DNA of 64,000 nucleotides from an uncultured Dehalococcoidales bacterium (GTDB lineage Bacteria; Chloroflexota; Dehalococcoidia; Lucifugimonadales; Lucifugimonadaceae): positions 294 to 64,293 of the forward strand of contig CAZMBB010000005.1 in the NCBI GenBank assembly GCA_964564575.1, in the 5' to 3' direction. How positions within the stretch are numbered: the stretch's first letter is position 1; each line of letters begins with the position of its first letter. Positions 49,344 to 59,302 of the stretch are shown here, one piece after another. The notes beneath the pieces are model-generated. The model saw only the letters and a list, made by a program, of their open reading frames with translations. It ran no database searches and was not told the DNA's origin. A program made the translations under genes and the position numbers.

Positions 49344-50180
49344 TTGGTAACACAGACTGACGAACACGCAGCATCCACCGCCACCAACGGTTTAACCGTC
49401 CAAGACGCTATTACCGAGTACGTCATGTCCATCCCGGACGAGAACAAGCGCGTCATCCACCCCGAGCTCTCGAAATTCGCTCGATGGATCGGCGGCACCA
49501 ACTCGCTGGTATCGCTGCGACCTTCCGACGTTAGTCCCTATTCCGAGACCTTCGGCGCAAGCGCTTCCGAGGCGAACAAGCTGCGCATCGCCGCCGTAAA
49601 AGACTTCCTGAACTACGCCAAGAAAAAGGGCTACATCGACATCAGCCTGGCCCCGCACATCCGCGTACGAAAACCCACCATCAACGCCGCTCGCGGCGCT
49701 TCCATACGCCGCCGCACCAGCGAAGTCCAGATCACTCGCCAAGGCTACGACGAAATGGTCAACCGTCTCGAATCCCTCCGGCAAGAGACCATTCGCCTAG
49801 CCGATGAGATCGAGCGCGCCGCCGCCAGCGGTGACGTCCGCGAAAACTCTCCCCTCGAAGCCGCACGCGAGAACCAAGGAATGGTCCTCGCACAGATCAA
49901 CCGCCTCGAATCGACCCTTAAAGTCGCTACCATCATCGAAGAATCCGACCGTAGCAACGATCAAGTCCAGATCGGTTCGTGGGTGACCCTGAAAAACATC
50001 GACTCTGACAGAAACGTCGACTACCAAATCGTCGCCGCAAACGAAGCAAACCCACTCCGCAACAAGATCTCAGACATCTCGCCCCTTGGAAGCGCAATCC
50101 TAGGACGCAAAGTCGGCGATCAAGTCGCATTCAAAGCTCCTTCCGGCGAACAACAGTTCACGGTCGACAACATCTTCTGA
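49344..50180 (+). CDS. GreA/GreB family transcription elongation factor with about 130-aa N-terminal extension
   Basis: The C-terminal 145 aa resemble GreA (ITRQGYDEMVNRLESL...GDVRENSPLEAAREN...SPLGSAILGRKVGD). The N-terminal part has no Gre counterpart. The start codon is TTG. Confidence 0.75.
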   Translation: MVTQTDEHAASTATNGLTVQDAITEYVMSIPDENKRVIHPELSKFARWIGGTNSLVSLRPSDVSPYSETFGASASEANKLRIAAVKDFLNYAKKKGYIDISLAPHIRVRKPTINAARGASIRRRTSEVQITRQGYDEMVNRLESLRQETIRLADEIERAAASGDVRENSPLEAARENQGMVLAQINRLESTLKVATIIEESDRSNDQVQIGSWVTLKNIDSDRNVDYQIVAANEANPLRNKISDISPLGSAILGRKVGDQVAFKAPSGEQQFTVDNIF

Positions 50181-50244
50181 TCCCGCCGCTGCACAATCAT
50201 AGTCATAGCTAAGACGCTTCAACTGACTCGGTAAAACCTCCGGC

Positions 50245-51261
50245 GTGGCAGATTATTTCGACAGTTACACGATCCTCGTAGCATTCTCAGTCGGGGTCGT
50301 AGTCCTTCTGCTCCTGGACCTTATCCTCCTCAGCGGCAAGGACCATCACGTCGGGATGAAGGAGGCGACCCTCCTCACCATCTTCTGGACCCTCGTAGCC
50401 GCCGCCGTCGGAGTATGGGTCTTCATCGCCGGAGGAACCGAACTCGGCATCGAATACACCACCGCCTACGTTGCCGAAAGAGCTCTGAGCATCGACAACC
50501 TCTTCGTATTCCTCGTCATCTTCAACTACTTCGCGCTCCCCGACCTCTTCCGGTCCCGCGCCCTCCTGTTCGGCATCGTCGGAGCACTTATCGCCAGAGC
50601 CGTCTTCATCTTCTTCGCCATCGGCATCATCGACCTATTTGAACCCATCCTGTATCTCCTAGCCTTAATCCTCATATACACCGCATACAAACTCATTACC
50701 TCTCACGACGAAGATGTCGACCCTTCGAAGAACATCCTTCTACGTGGATTCCGCAAGCTATATCCTGTGTCGGACGAATACGACGGCCACAACTTTTTCA
50801 CCATCAAGAACGGTATTCGAATGGCCACTCCATTCGCCCTCGTCGTAATCGTCCTCGCTTCTACCGACGTCGTATTCGCAATCGACTCCATACCCACTGT
50901 CATCGGAATCTCGAAGAACCAGTTCATCATCTGGTCCTCAAACGCGATGGCCGTTCTTGGGATGAGGCCCCTTTTCTTCCTCCTTGAAGGCCTCGTCAAC
51001 CTCTTCCGTTTCCTCTCATACGGCCTAGCCGCAATCCTCGGGTTCATTGGTGTCAAGATCATCGTTGAGACCGCCATCCACGACCAGTTCCACAACTTCA
51101 TTCACAACCTCGGAGTTCCCACCAATCAGGTCTCCATCACGATCACTCTCGGATCGCTGGCGATCGTGATCGGCATCCTGATCATCAGCGTCATCGCTTC
51201 AGTGGTCTTGCCGCAGTCTGACGACGATCACCACGCTAGCATCGACGAGGCAGCGGCGTGA
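50245..51261 (+). CDS. TerC family integral membrane protein
   Basis: Contains ERALSIDNLFVFLVIF and a second half with FAIDSIPTV, the duplicated TerC motif. Confidence 0.85.
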   Translation: MADYFDSYTILVAFSVGVVVLLLLDLILLSGKDHHVGMKEATLLTIFWTLVAAAVGVWVFIAGGTELGIEYTTAYVAERALSIDNLFVFLVIFNYFALPDLFRSRALLFGIVGALIARAVFIFFAIGIIDLFEPILYLLALILIYTAYKLITSHDEDVDPSKNILLRGFRKLYPVSDEYDGHNFFTIKNGIRMATPFALVVIVLASTDVVFAIDSIPTVIGISKNQFIIWSSNAMAVLGMRPLFFLLEGLVNLFRFLSYGLAAILGFIGVKIIVETAIHDQFHNFIHNLGVPTNQVSITITLGSLAIVIGILIISVIASVVLPQSDDDHHASIDEAAA

Positions 51262-54164
51262 CTACCGCGAGCCGATCGACTCGATCGCAACTCGCTGAAG
51301 AACTCAATCGCGCGGTTGCCGGCGAAGTTAGATTCGACCGCTACTCACGCCAGCTCTACGCCACCGACGCATCCATCTACAAGATGACGCCCCTCGGCGT
51401 AATCCTCCCTCGTGACGCTGACGATGTCAGCGCAGTCATCGAGACCTGCAACAACGCCGGCATCTCCGTCCTCCCCCGCGGCGGCGGCACTGGACTCTCC
51501 GGGCAGACCGTCAACCGCGGCGTTGTAATCGACTTCTCGAAATACATGCACAACGTCCTCGAGATCAACGGCGAGGAAGGATGGGTCCATACTCAACCCG
51601 GCATCACCATCGACGAACTCAATCGTCAAGTCGCACACACCGGAAAATACTTCACCCCCGACCCCAGCACATCCTCACGCGCCAACATCGGCGGCGCAAT
51701 GGGTAACAACTCCTGTGGCTCCCACTCCATCATCTACGGCAAAACCGTCGACCAAGTACAGCAGATGTCCGTCATCCTATCTGACGGGTCGCCAGCCACC
51801 TTTCAATCGCTGACCGCCTCGCAGCTAGAAGGCAAGATGGGCCTGTCAAACCTCGAAGGCCAAATCTACCGCGGCATCCCCACCATCGCAGACACCGCAG
51901 CACCAGAAGTCGATAGACGCTTCCCAAAAATCCTCAGAAGAGTCGGAGGCTATAACATCGACCGCGTCTACTCCCCAGTCACCGACGGCCCGATCATCGA
52001 CCTCACTCAAGTCATGGTCGGCTCCGAAGGCACCCTTGCCGCCGTAACCGACGCCCGCCTCAAACTCTGGGACATCCCCAAATCAAAAGGACTCGCCGTT
52101 CTCCACTTCCACACCCTCCGCGACTCCATGGAAGCAACCGTCGCCACACTTGAGCACAACGTTAGCGCCGTCGAGCACATCGGCGAGATCATCATCAACC
52201 AAGCCCGAAAATCCCTCGGCTTCTCCCGCAACATCGGCTTCCTACAAGGCGAACCCACAGACATCCTGGTAGTCGAAATGACCGGGGAGAACACCATCGA
52301 GGTGCAGTCGAAACTCACCGCGTTCGAGCAAGCCATCAAGCGGGACACCAACACCTTCGCCGTCACCCTCCTCCTCGAACCCGCCCAACAACGCCAAGTC
52401 TGGGCCATGCGTGAAGCAGGTCTAGGCCTCATGATGAACGTCGAAGGCGACACCAAACCCCTCCCGTTCGTAGAAGACACCGCCGTCTCTCCCGAAAGAC
52501 TCCCCGAATACGTCGAACGCTTCGACGAGATCGTCAGACGCCACGGCACCGAAGCCGGATACTACGGGCATGCAAGCGTCGGTTGCCTCCACATCCGTCC
52601 CCTCGTCAACCTCAAGAAAAACACCGGCATCGACACCATGTACCAGATCGCCGACGAAATCTCCGACCTCGTCCTAGAGTTCGGCGGCTCCCTAAGCGGT
52701 GAACACGGCGACGGAATAGTCCGTGGAGCATGGGCCGAAAAGATGTTCGGCACCGAACTCGTCAACCACTTCCGCGAAGTCAAAGACCTTTTCGATCCCA
52801 ACAGCATAATGAACCCCGGCAAGGTCTTCGACACGCCCGACATGCGCGAGAACCTTCGCTACGGTTCCGACTACGAAACCGCGCCCATTCCGACCAAACT
52901 CGACTGGACCGCCGATGGCAGTTTCGCCGGCGCCATCGAACGATGCAACGGCGTAGGAGCCTGCCGAAAAGTCAACGCTGGAGCCATGTGCCCCTCCTAC
53001 ATGGCAACCCGCGAAGAAGAACACTCCACCCGAGGCCGCGCCAACGCGCTCAGGGGCGCACTCTCCGGGGCCATTCCTTTGGATGAAATCCGCTCCGACC
53101 GAATGTTTGAAGTCCTCGACCTCTGCCTCGAATGCAAGTCCTGCAAATCCGAGTGTCCGTCCAATGTCGACATGGCCAAGATCAAGTACGAGTTCCTCGA
53201 TCTCTACTACCAGACACACTCAGTCCCCCTACGCTCCCGCATCGTCGCCAACATCCACCGCCTTAACTCCCTAGCGCCTGGTCCTCTAGCGCCAATCGCT
53301 AACATCGTCAACCGTTCCGCCCCAGCCAGATGGGCTTCCGAGAAGATCCTAGGTATTGACCGACGCCGACAACTCCCCAGGATCGTCAGCCAGACCTTCG
53401 AGCAGTGGTTCAATCGCCGCCAACCCCGAACCACCGGATCGCGTGGCGACATCGTTCTCTTCCACGACACCTTCATGAACTTCAACCATCCCGAATCCGG
53501 TATCGCCGCCGTCAAACTCCTTGAATCCCTCGGCTACCGAGTCAACCTAGCCGACCGCGCATGTTGCGGACGCCCCATGGTTTCCTCAGGCCTCCTCGAT
53601 CAAGCCGTAGCAAACGCCAAGAAAAACGTCGCTGCGCTACTGCCATACATCAACGCTGGCGCCAAAATCGTCGGATGCGAAAGCAGCTGCATCCTAACCC
53701 TCAAAGACGAATACCCCGATCTCCTCGGCTCTGATACAGCGGCCAAAGCTGTCGCCAACGCATCCGTAATGCTCGAAGAGATCCTCACCGAAACCCAAAA
53801 CGACGGTCAACAACAGATCGAGTGGAACGACACCTCCGCCGAAATCCTCCTCCACGTCCACTGCCACGAGCGTGCCTTGGTTGGAACCTCCCAAGCAGTA
53901 ACCGCCCTCAACCTGCCACCCAACTACAACGCAGAACTCATCGACGCCGGTTGCTGCGGCATGGCAGGATCTTTCGGATACGCCAAGGAGCACTACGACG
54001 TCTCGTTGCAAGTCGGCGAAGACCGCCTCTTCCCCGCGTTGCGAAAAGCCAGCCCGTCTACACAGTTCGCCATCACCGGCGTCTCATGCAAACAGCAGAT
54101 CGAAGACGAGTTGGACCGTCCCGCTCAATTCCTAGCCGAACTCCTAGCCGAAGCGGTGGCCTGA
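51258..54164 (+). CDS. FAD-binding oxidase (GlcD-like) fused to 4Fe-4S and CCG (GlpC/HdrD-like) domains
   Basis: 968 aa. The FAD-binding PCMH part has PRGGGTGLSGQ. It also has CLECKSCKSECPS and two CCG motifs (CCGRPM, CCGMAGSFG). Confidence 0.85.
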   Translation: MTTASRSTRSQLAEELNRAVAGEVRFDRYSRQLYATDASIYKMTPLGVILPRDADDVSAVIETCNNAGISVLPRGGGTGLSGQTVNRGVVIDFSKYMHNVLEINGEEGWVHTQPGITIDELNRQVAHTGKYFTPDPSTSSRANIGGAMGNNSCGSHSIIYGKTVDQVQQMSVILSDGSPATFQSLTASQLEGKMGLSNLEGQIYRGIPTIADTAAPEVDRRFPKILRRVGGYNIDRVYSPVTDGPIIDLTQVMVGSEGTLAAVTDARLKLWDIPKSKGLAVLHFHTLRDSMEATVATLEHNVSAVEHIGEIIINQARKSLGFSRNIGFLQGEPTDILVVEMTGENTIEVQSKLTAFEQAIKRDTNTFAVTLLLEPAQQRQVWAMREAGLGLMMNVEGDTKPLPFVEDTAVSPERLPEYVERFDEIVRRHGTEAGYYGHASVGCLHIRPLVNLKKNTGIDTMYQIADEISDLVLEFGGSLSGEHGDGIVRGAWAEKMFGTELVNHFREVKDLFDPNSIMNPGKVFDTPDMRENLRYGSDYETAPIPTKLDWTADGSFAGAIERCNGVGACRKVNAGAMCPSYMATREEEHSTRGRANALRGALSGAIPLDEIRSDRMFEVLDLCLECKSCKSECPSNVDMAKIKYEFLDLYYQTHSVPLRSRIVANIHRLNSLAPGPLAPIANIVNRSAPARWASEKILGIDRRRQLPRIVSQTFEQWFNRRQPRTTGSRGDIVLFHDTFMNFNHPESGIAAVKLLESLGYRVNLADRACCGRPMVSSGLLDQAVANAKKNVAALLPYINAGAKIVGCESSCILTLKDEYPDLLGSDTAAKAVANASVMLEEILTETQNDGQQQIEWNDTSAEILLHVHCHERALVGTSQAVTALNLPPNYNAELIDAGCCGMAGSFGYAKEHYDVSLQVGEDRLFPALRKASPSTQFAITGVSCKQQIEDELDRPAQFLAELLAEAVA

Positions 54165-54168
54165 TCCT

Positions 54169-55149
54169 ATGCCCACCGTAGGCATCATCGCCAACCCCGC
54201 AGCCGGCAAAGACATCCGACGCCTCGTCGCCCAAGGCCGCGTCGTCTCCAACCAAGAGAAATCCAACATCCTCCGTCGAGTATTCGCCGGACTCCAAACC
54301 CACGGCGTCGAAAAAGTCATCGTCATGCCCGACATGGCAGGCCTAGCCCGCGCCGCAATGTACGACACCAAAGACACCCTGTACTCCGAGTTCATCCCGC
54401 AAACCCCAACTGGCGGCCAAAACGATTCCACAGTCGCCGCCCACATGATGCAAGGCGCCGGCGCCGATTGCATCATCACCCTTGGGGGCGACGGCACAAA
54501 CCGTCTAGTCGCCAAAGGATGCGGAAACGTCCCCATCGCCCCCATCTCCACCGGCACCAACAACGTCTTCCCAAGAGAGATCGAAGGCACCTTGGCCGGC
54601 ATCGCCGCTGCAACAGTGGCACAAGATCCCACGATCCGTGACCGCGTCTGTCGCCGCTCCAAAAAGATCAACATCTACGTAAACGACGAGTTGCGCGACA
54701 TCGCCCTCGTAGATGCAGCCGTCTCGCGCCAAACCATGGTCGGTGCCCGCGCCCTCTGGGACGTCAACACTCTTGATTCCGTCTTCCTCACTCGGGCCGA
54801 AGCATCCAGCATCGGCATCGCATCCATCGGTGCCCGCCTAGCACTAATCGCCCTTGACGATCCCCGCGGCCTCCACATCGAATTTCCTCAGCCTGGCAAA
54901 TCGGGCGCGTCTTCATCAAAGGCTCCGATAGCGCCTGGGATGGTCCGAGATGTGCCAATCGAAAGCTGGCGGATAATCCAACCCGGAGAATCCGTTCAAG
55001 TCCGAGCGAATCGAGGCACGATAGCTTTGGATGGCGAGCGGGAGGTCGAGTTGCTAGAAGGGATGGAGGCGTCAGTGAGCATTGACACCAACGGCCCTTG
55101 GGTAGTCGATTTCGACCTATCACTAAAAGCCGCGTGCGCCAGTGCCTGA
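54169..55149 (+). CDS. ATP-NAD kinase family (AcoX-like) protein
   Basis: Contains VGIIANPAAGKD and LGGDGTN. It lies 4 nt downstream of the FAD/Fe-S gene. Confidence 0.65.
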   Translation: MPTVGIIANPAAGKDIRRLVAQGRVVSNQEKSNILRRVFAGLQTHGVEKVIVMPDMAGLARAAMYDTKDTLYSEFIPQTPTGGQNDSTVAAHMMQGAGADCIITLGGDGTNRLVAKGCGNVPIAPISTGTNNVFPREIEGTLAGIAAATVAQDPTIRDRVCRRSKKINIYVNDELRDIALVDAAVSRQTMVGARALWDVNTLDSVFLTRAEASSIGIASIGARLALIALDDPRGLHIEFPQPGKSGASSSKAPIAPGMVRDVPIESWRIIQPGESVQVRANRGTIALDGEREVELLEGMEASVSIDTNGPWVVDFDLSLKAACASA

Positions 55150-55300
55150 GAGTCAGATGCAACACCGACGACGATATGCAAGAATTCAGGCTCGTTTTTG
55201 TACACGTCGGATCGAGAACGTCCAGTCTCTGTACACAACGTCGCGTTAAGTACAAATCTCTGCTAGATTTCGTACATGTCGCGTTTGGAGGGAGCATTGG

Positions 55301-55329
55301 TTGTACATATAGCGTATGATATGTATAAT
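55301..55329 (+). promoter_or_regulatory. candidate sigma-70 promoter of fic (-35 TTGTAC, 17-nt spacer, -10 TATAAT)
   Basis: Read directly. The -10 lies inside the left arm of the 13-bp inverted repeat at 55318-55353. Confidence 0.35.
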
Positions 55330-55353
55330 TAAAGGCATAAAATTATACATATC
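55318..55353. repeat. 36-bp palindromic element, left copy (13-bp perfect arms, 10-bp spacer)
   Basis: gatatgtataatt-aaaggcataa-aattatacatatc. It is 27/36 identical, by ungapped hand alignment, to 56579-56614 in direct orientation. Confidence 0.75.
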
Positions 55354-55373
55354 GTCAGAAGTTGAGAAGATCG

Positions 55374-56501
55374 ATGTCAGATTTCGACCCTCGCAACCCC
55401 TATAACTCGCTTCCCGAACTGCCACCCGCCGCTGAGGTAGAAACCCTCGGGGTGATGCGCGCGTTGAACTTGGCGAGCCGCGCACTCGCCAATCTCAACG
55501 GCACCGCCCTTAGTGTTCCGAATCCTCAGCTGCTGATCGATACGTTTGCCATCACAGAGGCAGTGGCTAGTTCGGAAATCGAAAACGTCATCACTACCAG
55601 CGACGAGCTCTTCAGGTATCTGGCCGTCGGCAACGAACGAGCATCTGACGCCACCAAGGAAGCCGCACGATATCGTCCAGCGTTATCTATGGGCATCGAG
55701 AGATTGCGAGATCATCCGCAGTTGGATGCCCAACTGTTGATGGATACATGTAGCCAGATACTCGGATCGAAGACCGATGTAAGAGATACCGCCGTCTACA
55801 TCGGCAATCCGCTGACCAGATATGTGGCTTACACACCGCCCTATGGCAAACCTACATTGCTCCGGCTTATAGACAACCTTTTGAACTTCGCGAACGAGGA
55901 CGCGTCTAACTTGGATCCCATCGTCAAGATGGCGATAATCCACTATCAGTTCGAGGCTATCCACCCGTTCCCAGACGGCAACGGGAGGACAGGACGAATC
56001 ATCAACATCCTTTATCTGTTGCTCAAAGGACTTCTCGACCAGCCCGTGCTGTACCTGAGCCGCTACTTCCTCCACCATCGCCGAGAGTACTACGCAGGGT
56101 TACGGTCCGTTACCGAATCGGGTGCGTGGGAAGCTTGGATTCGTTTCATTTTGGCCGGAGTGAAAGAAGTAGCTGAAGAAGGGCGGGACAACTTGACCAA
56201 GATCCGAGAATTGCGTAAGGAGTTCGCCGACCGGGCTAGGATCGACGCTCCTACCGCATCATCAGAGCAGCTAATGGACCTCCTATTCATACGCCCCTAT
56301 ACCACGACCAAGATGGTGCAGGAGGTCGACGGAGTGACAAGAGCGACGGCGCGTTCGCGACTTGAAGCACTCGCCAAAGCTGGCATGCTCGAACGCGTTA
56401 AATCAGGTCGCCACCAGCTCTTTCGAAACAGCCAACTGATCGAAATCCTGGTTGGTCGATCCGATGACATGGAATTCATCGTTCATTTCAGCGATGCTTG
56501 A
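55374..56501 (+). CDS. Fic family protein (class II, self-inhibited) with C-terminal winged-helix-like region
   Basis: The Fic motif HPFPDGNGRTGR is present. An N-terminal inhibitory-helix motif SSEIEN fits (S/T)xxxE(G/N). An alternative TTG start lies at 55362. Confidence 0.9.
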   Translation: MSDFDPRNPYNSLPELPPAAEVETLGVMRALNLASRALANLNGTALSVPNPQLLIDTFAITEAVASSEIENVITTSDELFRYLAVGNERASDATKEAARYRPALSMGIERLRDHPQLDAQLLMDTCSQILGSKTDVRDTAVYIGNPLTRYVAYTPPYGKPTLLRLIDNLLNFANEDASNLDPIVKMAIIHYQFEAIHPFPDGNGRTGRIINILYLLLKGLLDQPVLYLSRYFLHHRREYYAGLRSVTESGAWEAWIRFILAGVKEVAEEGRDNLTKIRELRKEFADRARIDAPTASSEQLMDLLFIRPYTTTKMVQEVDGVTRATARSRLEALAKAGMLERVKSGRHQLFRNSQLIEILVGRSDDMEFIVHFSDA

Positions 56502-56578
56502 TCACAACATGTACAAAATCCACTCGTGTTTTGCTCATGTCAAACTGCTGATGTACAACGCTTTGACACATTAAATTC

Positions 56579-56614
56579 GATATGTATTATTTGGGGCAGT
56601 AAATCGTACATTTC
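56579..56614. repeat. 36-bp element, right copy (imperfect palindrome)
   Basis: gatatgtattatttggggcagtaaatcgtacatttc. It is a direct repeat of 55318-55353. Confidence 0.65.
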
Positions 56615-56630
56615 TGGCTCCTGATGTGGA

Positions 56631-57305
56631 TCATCCGCTTCGTATCTCCTTGATCAATGCCACCACCTCTCGACTCCGCGTCTCAAGAGTCGCCCAATCC
56701 TCATCTGCCACAACGTCGCTAGACACGAGTCTCGAACCCATCCCAACCGCGCAAACCCCCGCCTCGAACCAAGGTCGCAACGACGCTTCCGTAATGTCGA
56801 CTCCTCCCGTCGGCATGATCGACGACCAAGGCATCGGCGCCAATACGTCCTTGACGAACCCGGGCCCGCCAACCGCCGAACCGGGGAAGATCTTGACGAT
56901 ATCCGCACCTAACTCTTCCGCAGCAGAAATCTCAGATGCCGTCCCGCAACCCGGAATATACGGCACTTTGCGCCGGTTGCACACCTTGGCAACGTCAGGA
57001 TTAGTAATCGGCCCAACGATAAAGCTGGCCCCATTGCTGATATAGATCGAAGCGGTACCGGCATCAAGGACCGACCCAGCGCCAAGGATCGCATCAGGAA
57101 GTTCGGCGGCGCAGAATTTGTCCAAGTTTGAGAACACCTCCCAAGCATGGTCCCCGCGGTTGGTGAACTCAAGAACGCGTATTCCTCCCGCTACACAGGC
57201 GCGGGCGATGTTTTGGGTCTTTTCAAGGTCGCCGTTGTAAAAGACGGGGACGACGCCGATTTCGTGCATCGCATTTAGGACTTCTAGCTTCGAGTGGCGT
57301 GACAT
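56631..57305 (-). CDS. eda: KDPG / 4-hydroxy-2-oxoglutarate aldolase
   Basis: 224 aa with VVPVFYNGD, IRVLEFTNR, GAGSV, FIVGP and KIFPG. Confidence 0.85.
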   Translation of the reverse strand: MSRHSKLEVLNAMHEIGVVPVFYNGDLEKTQNIARACVAGGIRVLEFTNRGDHAWEVFSNLDKFCAAELPDAILGAGSVLDAGTASIYISNGASFIVGPITNPDVAKVCNRRKVPYIPGCGTASEISAAEELGADIVKIFPGSAVGGPGFVKDVLAPMPWSSIMPTGGVDITEASLRPWFEAGVCAVGMGSRLVSSDVVADEDWATLETRSREVVALIKEIRSG

Positions 57306-57426
57306 TCCGTATCTCCTCAGGAGCTTCAGCGCTTCAACGTAAACGAGTCTACTGTTTGGATGTGAGATAGCCGAAAAGCGGGTATGTTAATCTCATTTCG
57401 CGCGCAATGTCACGAGGTTTGGAAAC

Positions 57427-58230
57427 ATGGACGTCAATCCGGTAAAGGCGAAACTCGCAGAAGGCAAACCTTCTCTCGGCACATGGTCGGCGAGCGGCGA
57501 CCCGACGGTCATCGAAACCTTGCTGCACACCACCGATCTTGACTGGGTAACCCTCGATTTCGAGCACAATCCGATCGACGTCTCAACAGCCGTCAACTGC
57601 CTGCGCGCCGGCAACGGCTCAGGCAAACCGATGTTCGCACGCATCCCGAGCAACGATCCGATATGGGTCAAACGAGTTCTCGACATCGGCTTCACCGGCA
57701 TCGTCGTCCCCGACGTAAAAGATGAGGACGAAGCCGAACGAGCTGTTGTAGCTGCCAAATATCGTCCGCGAGGGTTGCGAGGTATCGGATCGACACGTGG
57801 TCAACTCGTGTATGGTGCCGACTACTATGCGAAGGCCAATGATCTGATGATGGTCGTCTGCATGATCGAAGACTGGAAGGCCGTCGATCGGATCGACAAG
57901 ATCATGCAGGTGCCAGATCTAGACGTCTGCTTCGTCGGCCCGAACGACTTGGCAAGTTCTCTAGGCGTCCCCACCGGCCTAGACAACCAACATCCAGACC
58001 ATGTCAAAGCAGTAGAAACCGTCGTCGCCGCTGGGAAGAAACACGGTGTGGCCACAGGTATTCACTGCATCGACGGCAATGAAGCTGCACGCCGCATCGA
58101 ACAGGGCATGACTTGGTTCCCGATAGCCTCGGACGTGCGGTTGCTCAAGTCCGCAGTCGATGCTGAACTTGCGAATGCTGCCTCCAGTTCGGACGGTGAT
58201 GGCGATGAGTCCAGCGCGACGTTTTACTAG
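57427..58230 (+). CDS. HpcH/HpaI family 2-keto-3-deoxy-sugar-acid aldolase
   Basis: Contains GTWSASGDP, DFEHNPID, RIPSND, MIEDWKAV and FVGPNDLA. Confidence 0.85.
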   Translation: MDVNPVKAKLAEGKPSLGTWSASGDPTVIETLLHTTDLDWVTLDFEHNPIDVSTAVNCLRAGNGSGKPMFARIPSNDPIWVKRVLDIGFTGIVVPDVKDEDEAERAVVAAKYRPRGLRGIGSTRGQLVYGADYYAKANDLMMVVCMIEDWKAVDRIDKIMQVPDLDVCFVGPNDLASSLGVPTGLDNQHPDHVKAVETVVAAGKKHGVATGIHCIDGNEAARRIEQGMTWFPIASDVRLLKSAVDAELANAASSSDGDGDESSATFY

Positions 58231-58276
58231 ATGACAGAACAAATCACGGCGTAAATCACCAAAGGAGATTGGATAG

Positions 58277-59302
58277 ATGCCATCAGTTGTCACGTTCGGC
58301 GAGATCATGCTTCGGCTCGCTACCATGCGTCGGGAGCGCTTCACTCAGGCGCGAGAGTTCGAGGTCACTTATGGCGGCGGTGAGTGTAACGTAGCCGTCT
58401 CCCTCGCAAACTTCGGCATCGACTCGATCTATGTAAGCGCAATCCCCGACAACGACATCGGGCAAGCATGCATCAACTATGTCCGTCAGTGGGGTGTCGA
58501 TACCTCTGAGATCCTTCGCCAAGGACAACGCCTCGGCACTTACTACCTCGAAAACGGAGCGGCGATGCGCGCCTCAAAGGTAATCTACGACCGTGCCGCA
58601 TCCTCGATCGCTGAACTAGGACCGGGTGAAGTCGAATGGGAACGCATATTCGAGGGCAAGGACTGGTTCCACTTCACCGGTATTACACCTGCGGTCTCGG
58701 AATCGGCTGCCAAGGCTTGTGATGAAGCGGCAGCAGTCGCCAAGTCGATGGGTCTAAAAGTCTCCGCCGACATGAACTACCGCAAAAATCTGTGGTCCCC
58801 CGCGGAGGCCCAAGCTGTCATGCGACCCATGATGAAACACGTTGACGTCGCTATCGGCAACGAGGAGGACGCCGAAATGTCCCTCGGCGTCGCTGCCGAA
58901 GGTGTGGACGTCACCACTGGAGAGATTGACGCGACCGCGTACGAACCAGTGGTGAGCCGCCTAGTCGACGAATTTGGATTCGAGCAGGTAGGCATCACCC
59001 TTCGAGAGTCACAATCTGCGGACGACAACGACTGGTCGGCCATCTACTACGACGGCAGCGAAATCCTGATCGCGCCTAAGTACGCCGTCCGAATCGTCGA
59101 CCGCGTCGGTGGAGGTGACGCATTCTCGGCAGGGATCATATACGGAAACCTCCAAGATGGATGGACATCCGGCCAAATCCTCAGCTTTGCCGCCGCTTCG
59201 TCGGCGCTGGCTCATACCTTCCACGGCGACTTCAACCTTGTCTCAGTGAGTGAGGTGATGAGCGTGGCTGGCGGTAACGTCAGCGGTCGAGTCCAGCGAT
59301 GA
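58277..59302 (+). CDS. kdgK: 2-dehydro-3-deoxygluconokinase (PfkB family sugar kinase)
   Basis: Contains VVTFGEIMLRL, GGGECNVA and DRVGGGDAFSAG. Confidence 0.8.
   Translation: MPSVVTFGEIMLRLATMRRERFTQAREFEVTYGGGECNVAVSLANFGIDSIYVSAIPDNDIGQACINYVRQWGVDTSEILRQGQRLGTYYLENGAAMRASKVIYDRAASSIAELGPGEVEWERIFEGKDWFHFTGITPAVSESAAKACDEAAAVAKSMGLKVSADMNYRKNLWSPAEAQAVMRPMMKHVDVAIGNEEDAEMSLGVAAEGVDVTTGEIDATAYEPVVSRLVDEFGFEQVGITLRESQSADDNDWSAIYYDGSEILIAPKYAVRIVDRVGGGDAFSAGIIYGNLQDGWTSGQILSFAAASSALAHTFHGDFNLVSVSEVMSVAGGNVSGRVQR

Noticed and set aside
50181-50244. Possible yybP-ykoY (Mn) riboswitch upstream of the TerC gene
   Set aside because: The gap is only 64 nt and lacks the conserved motif blocks.
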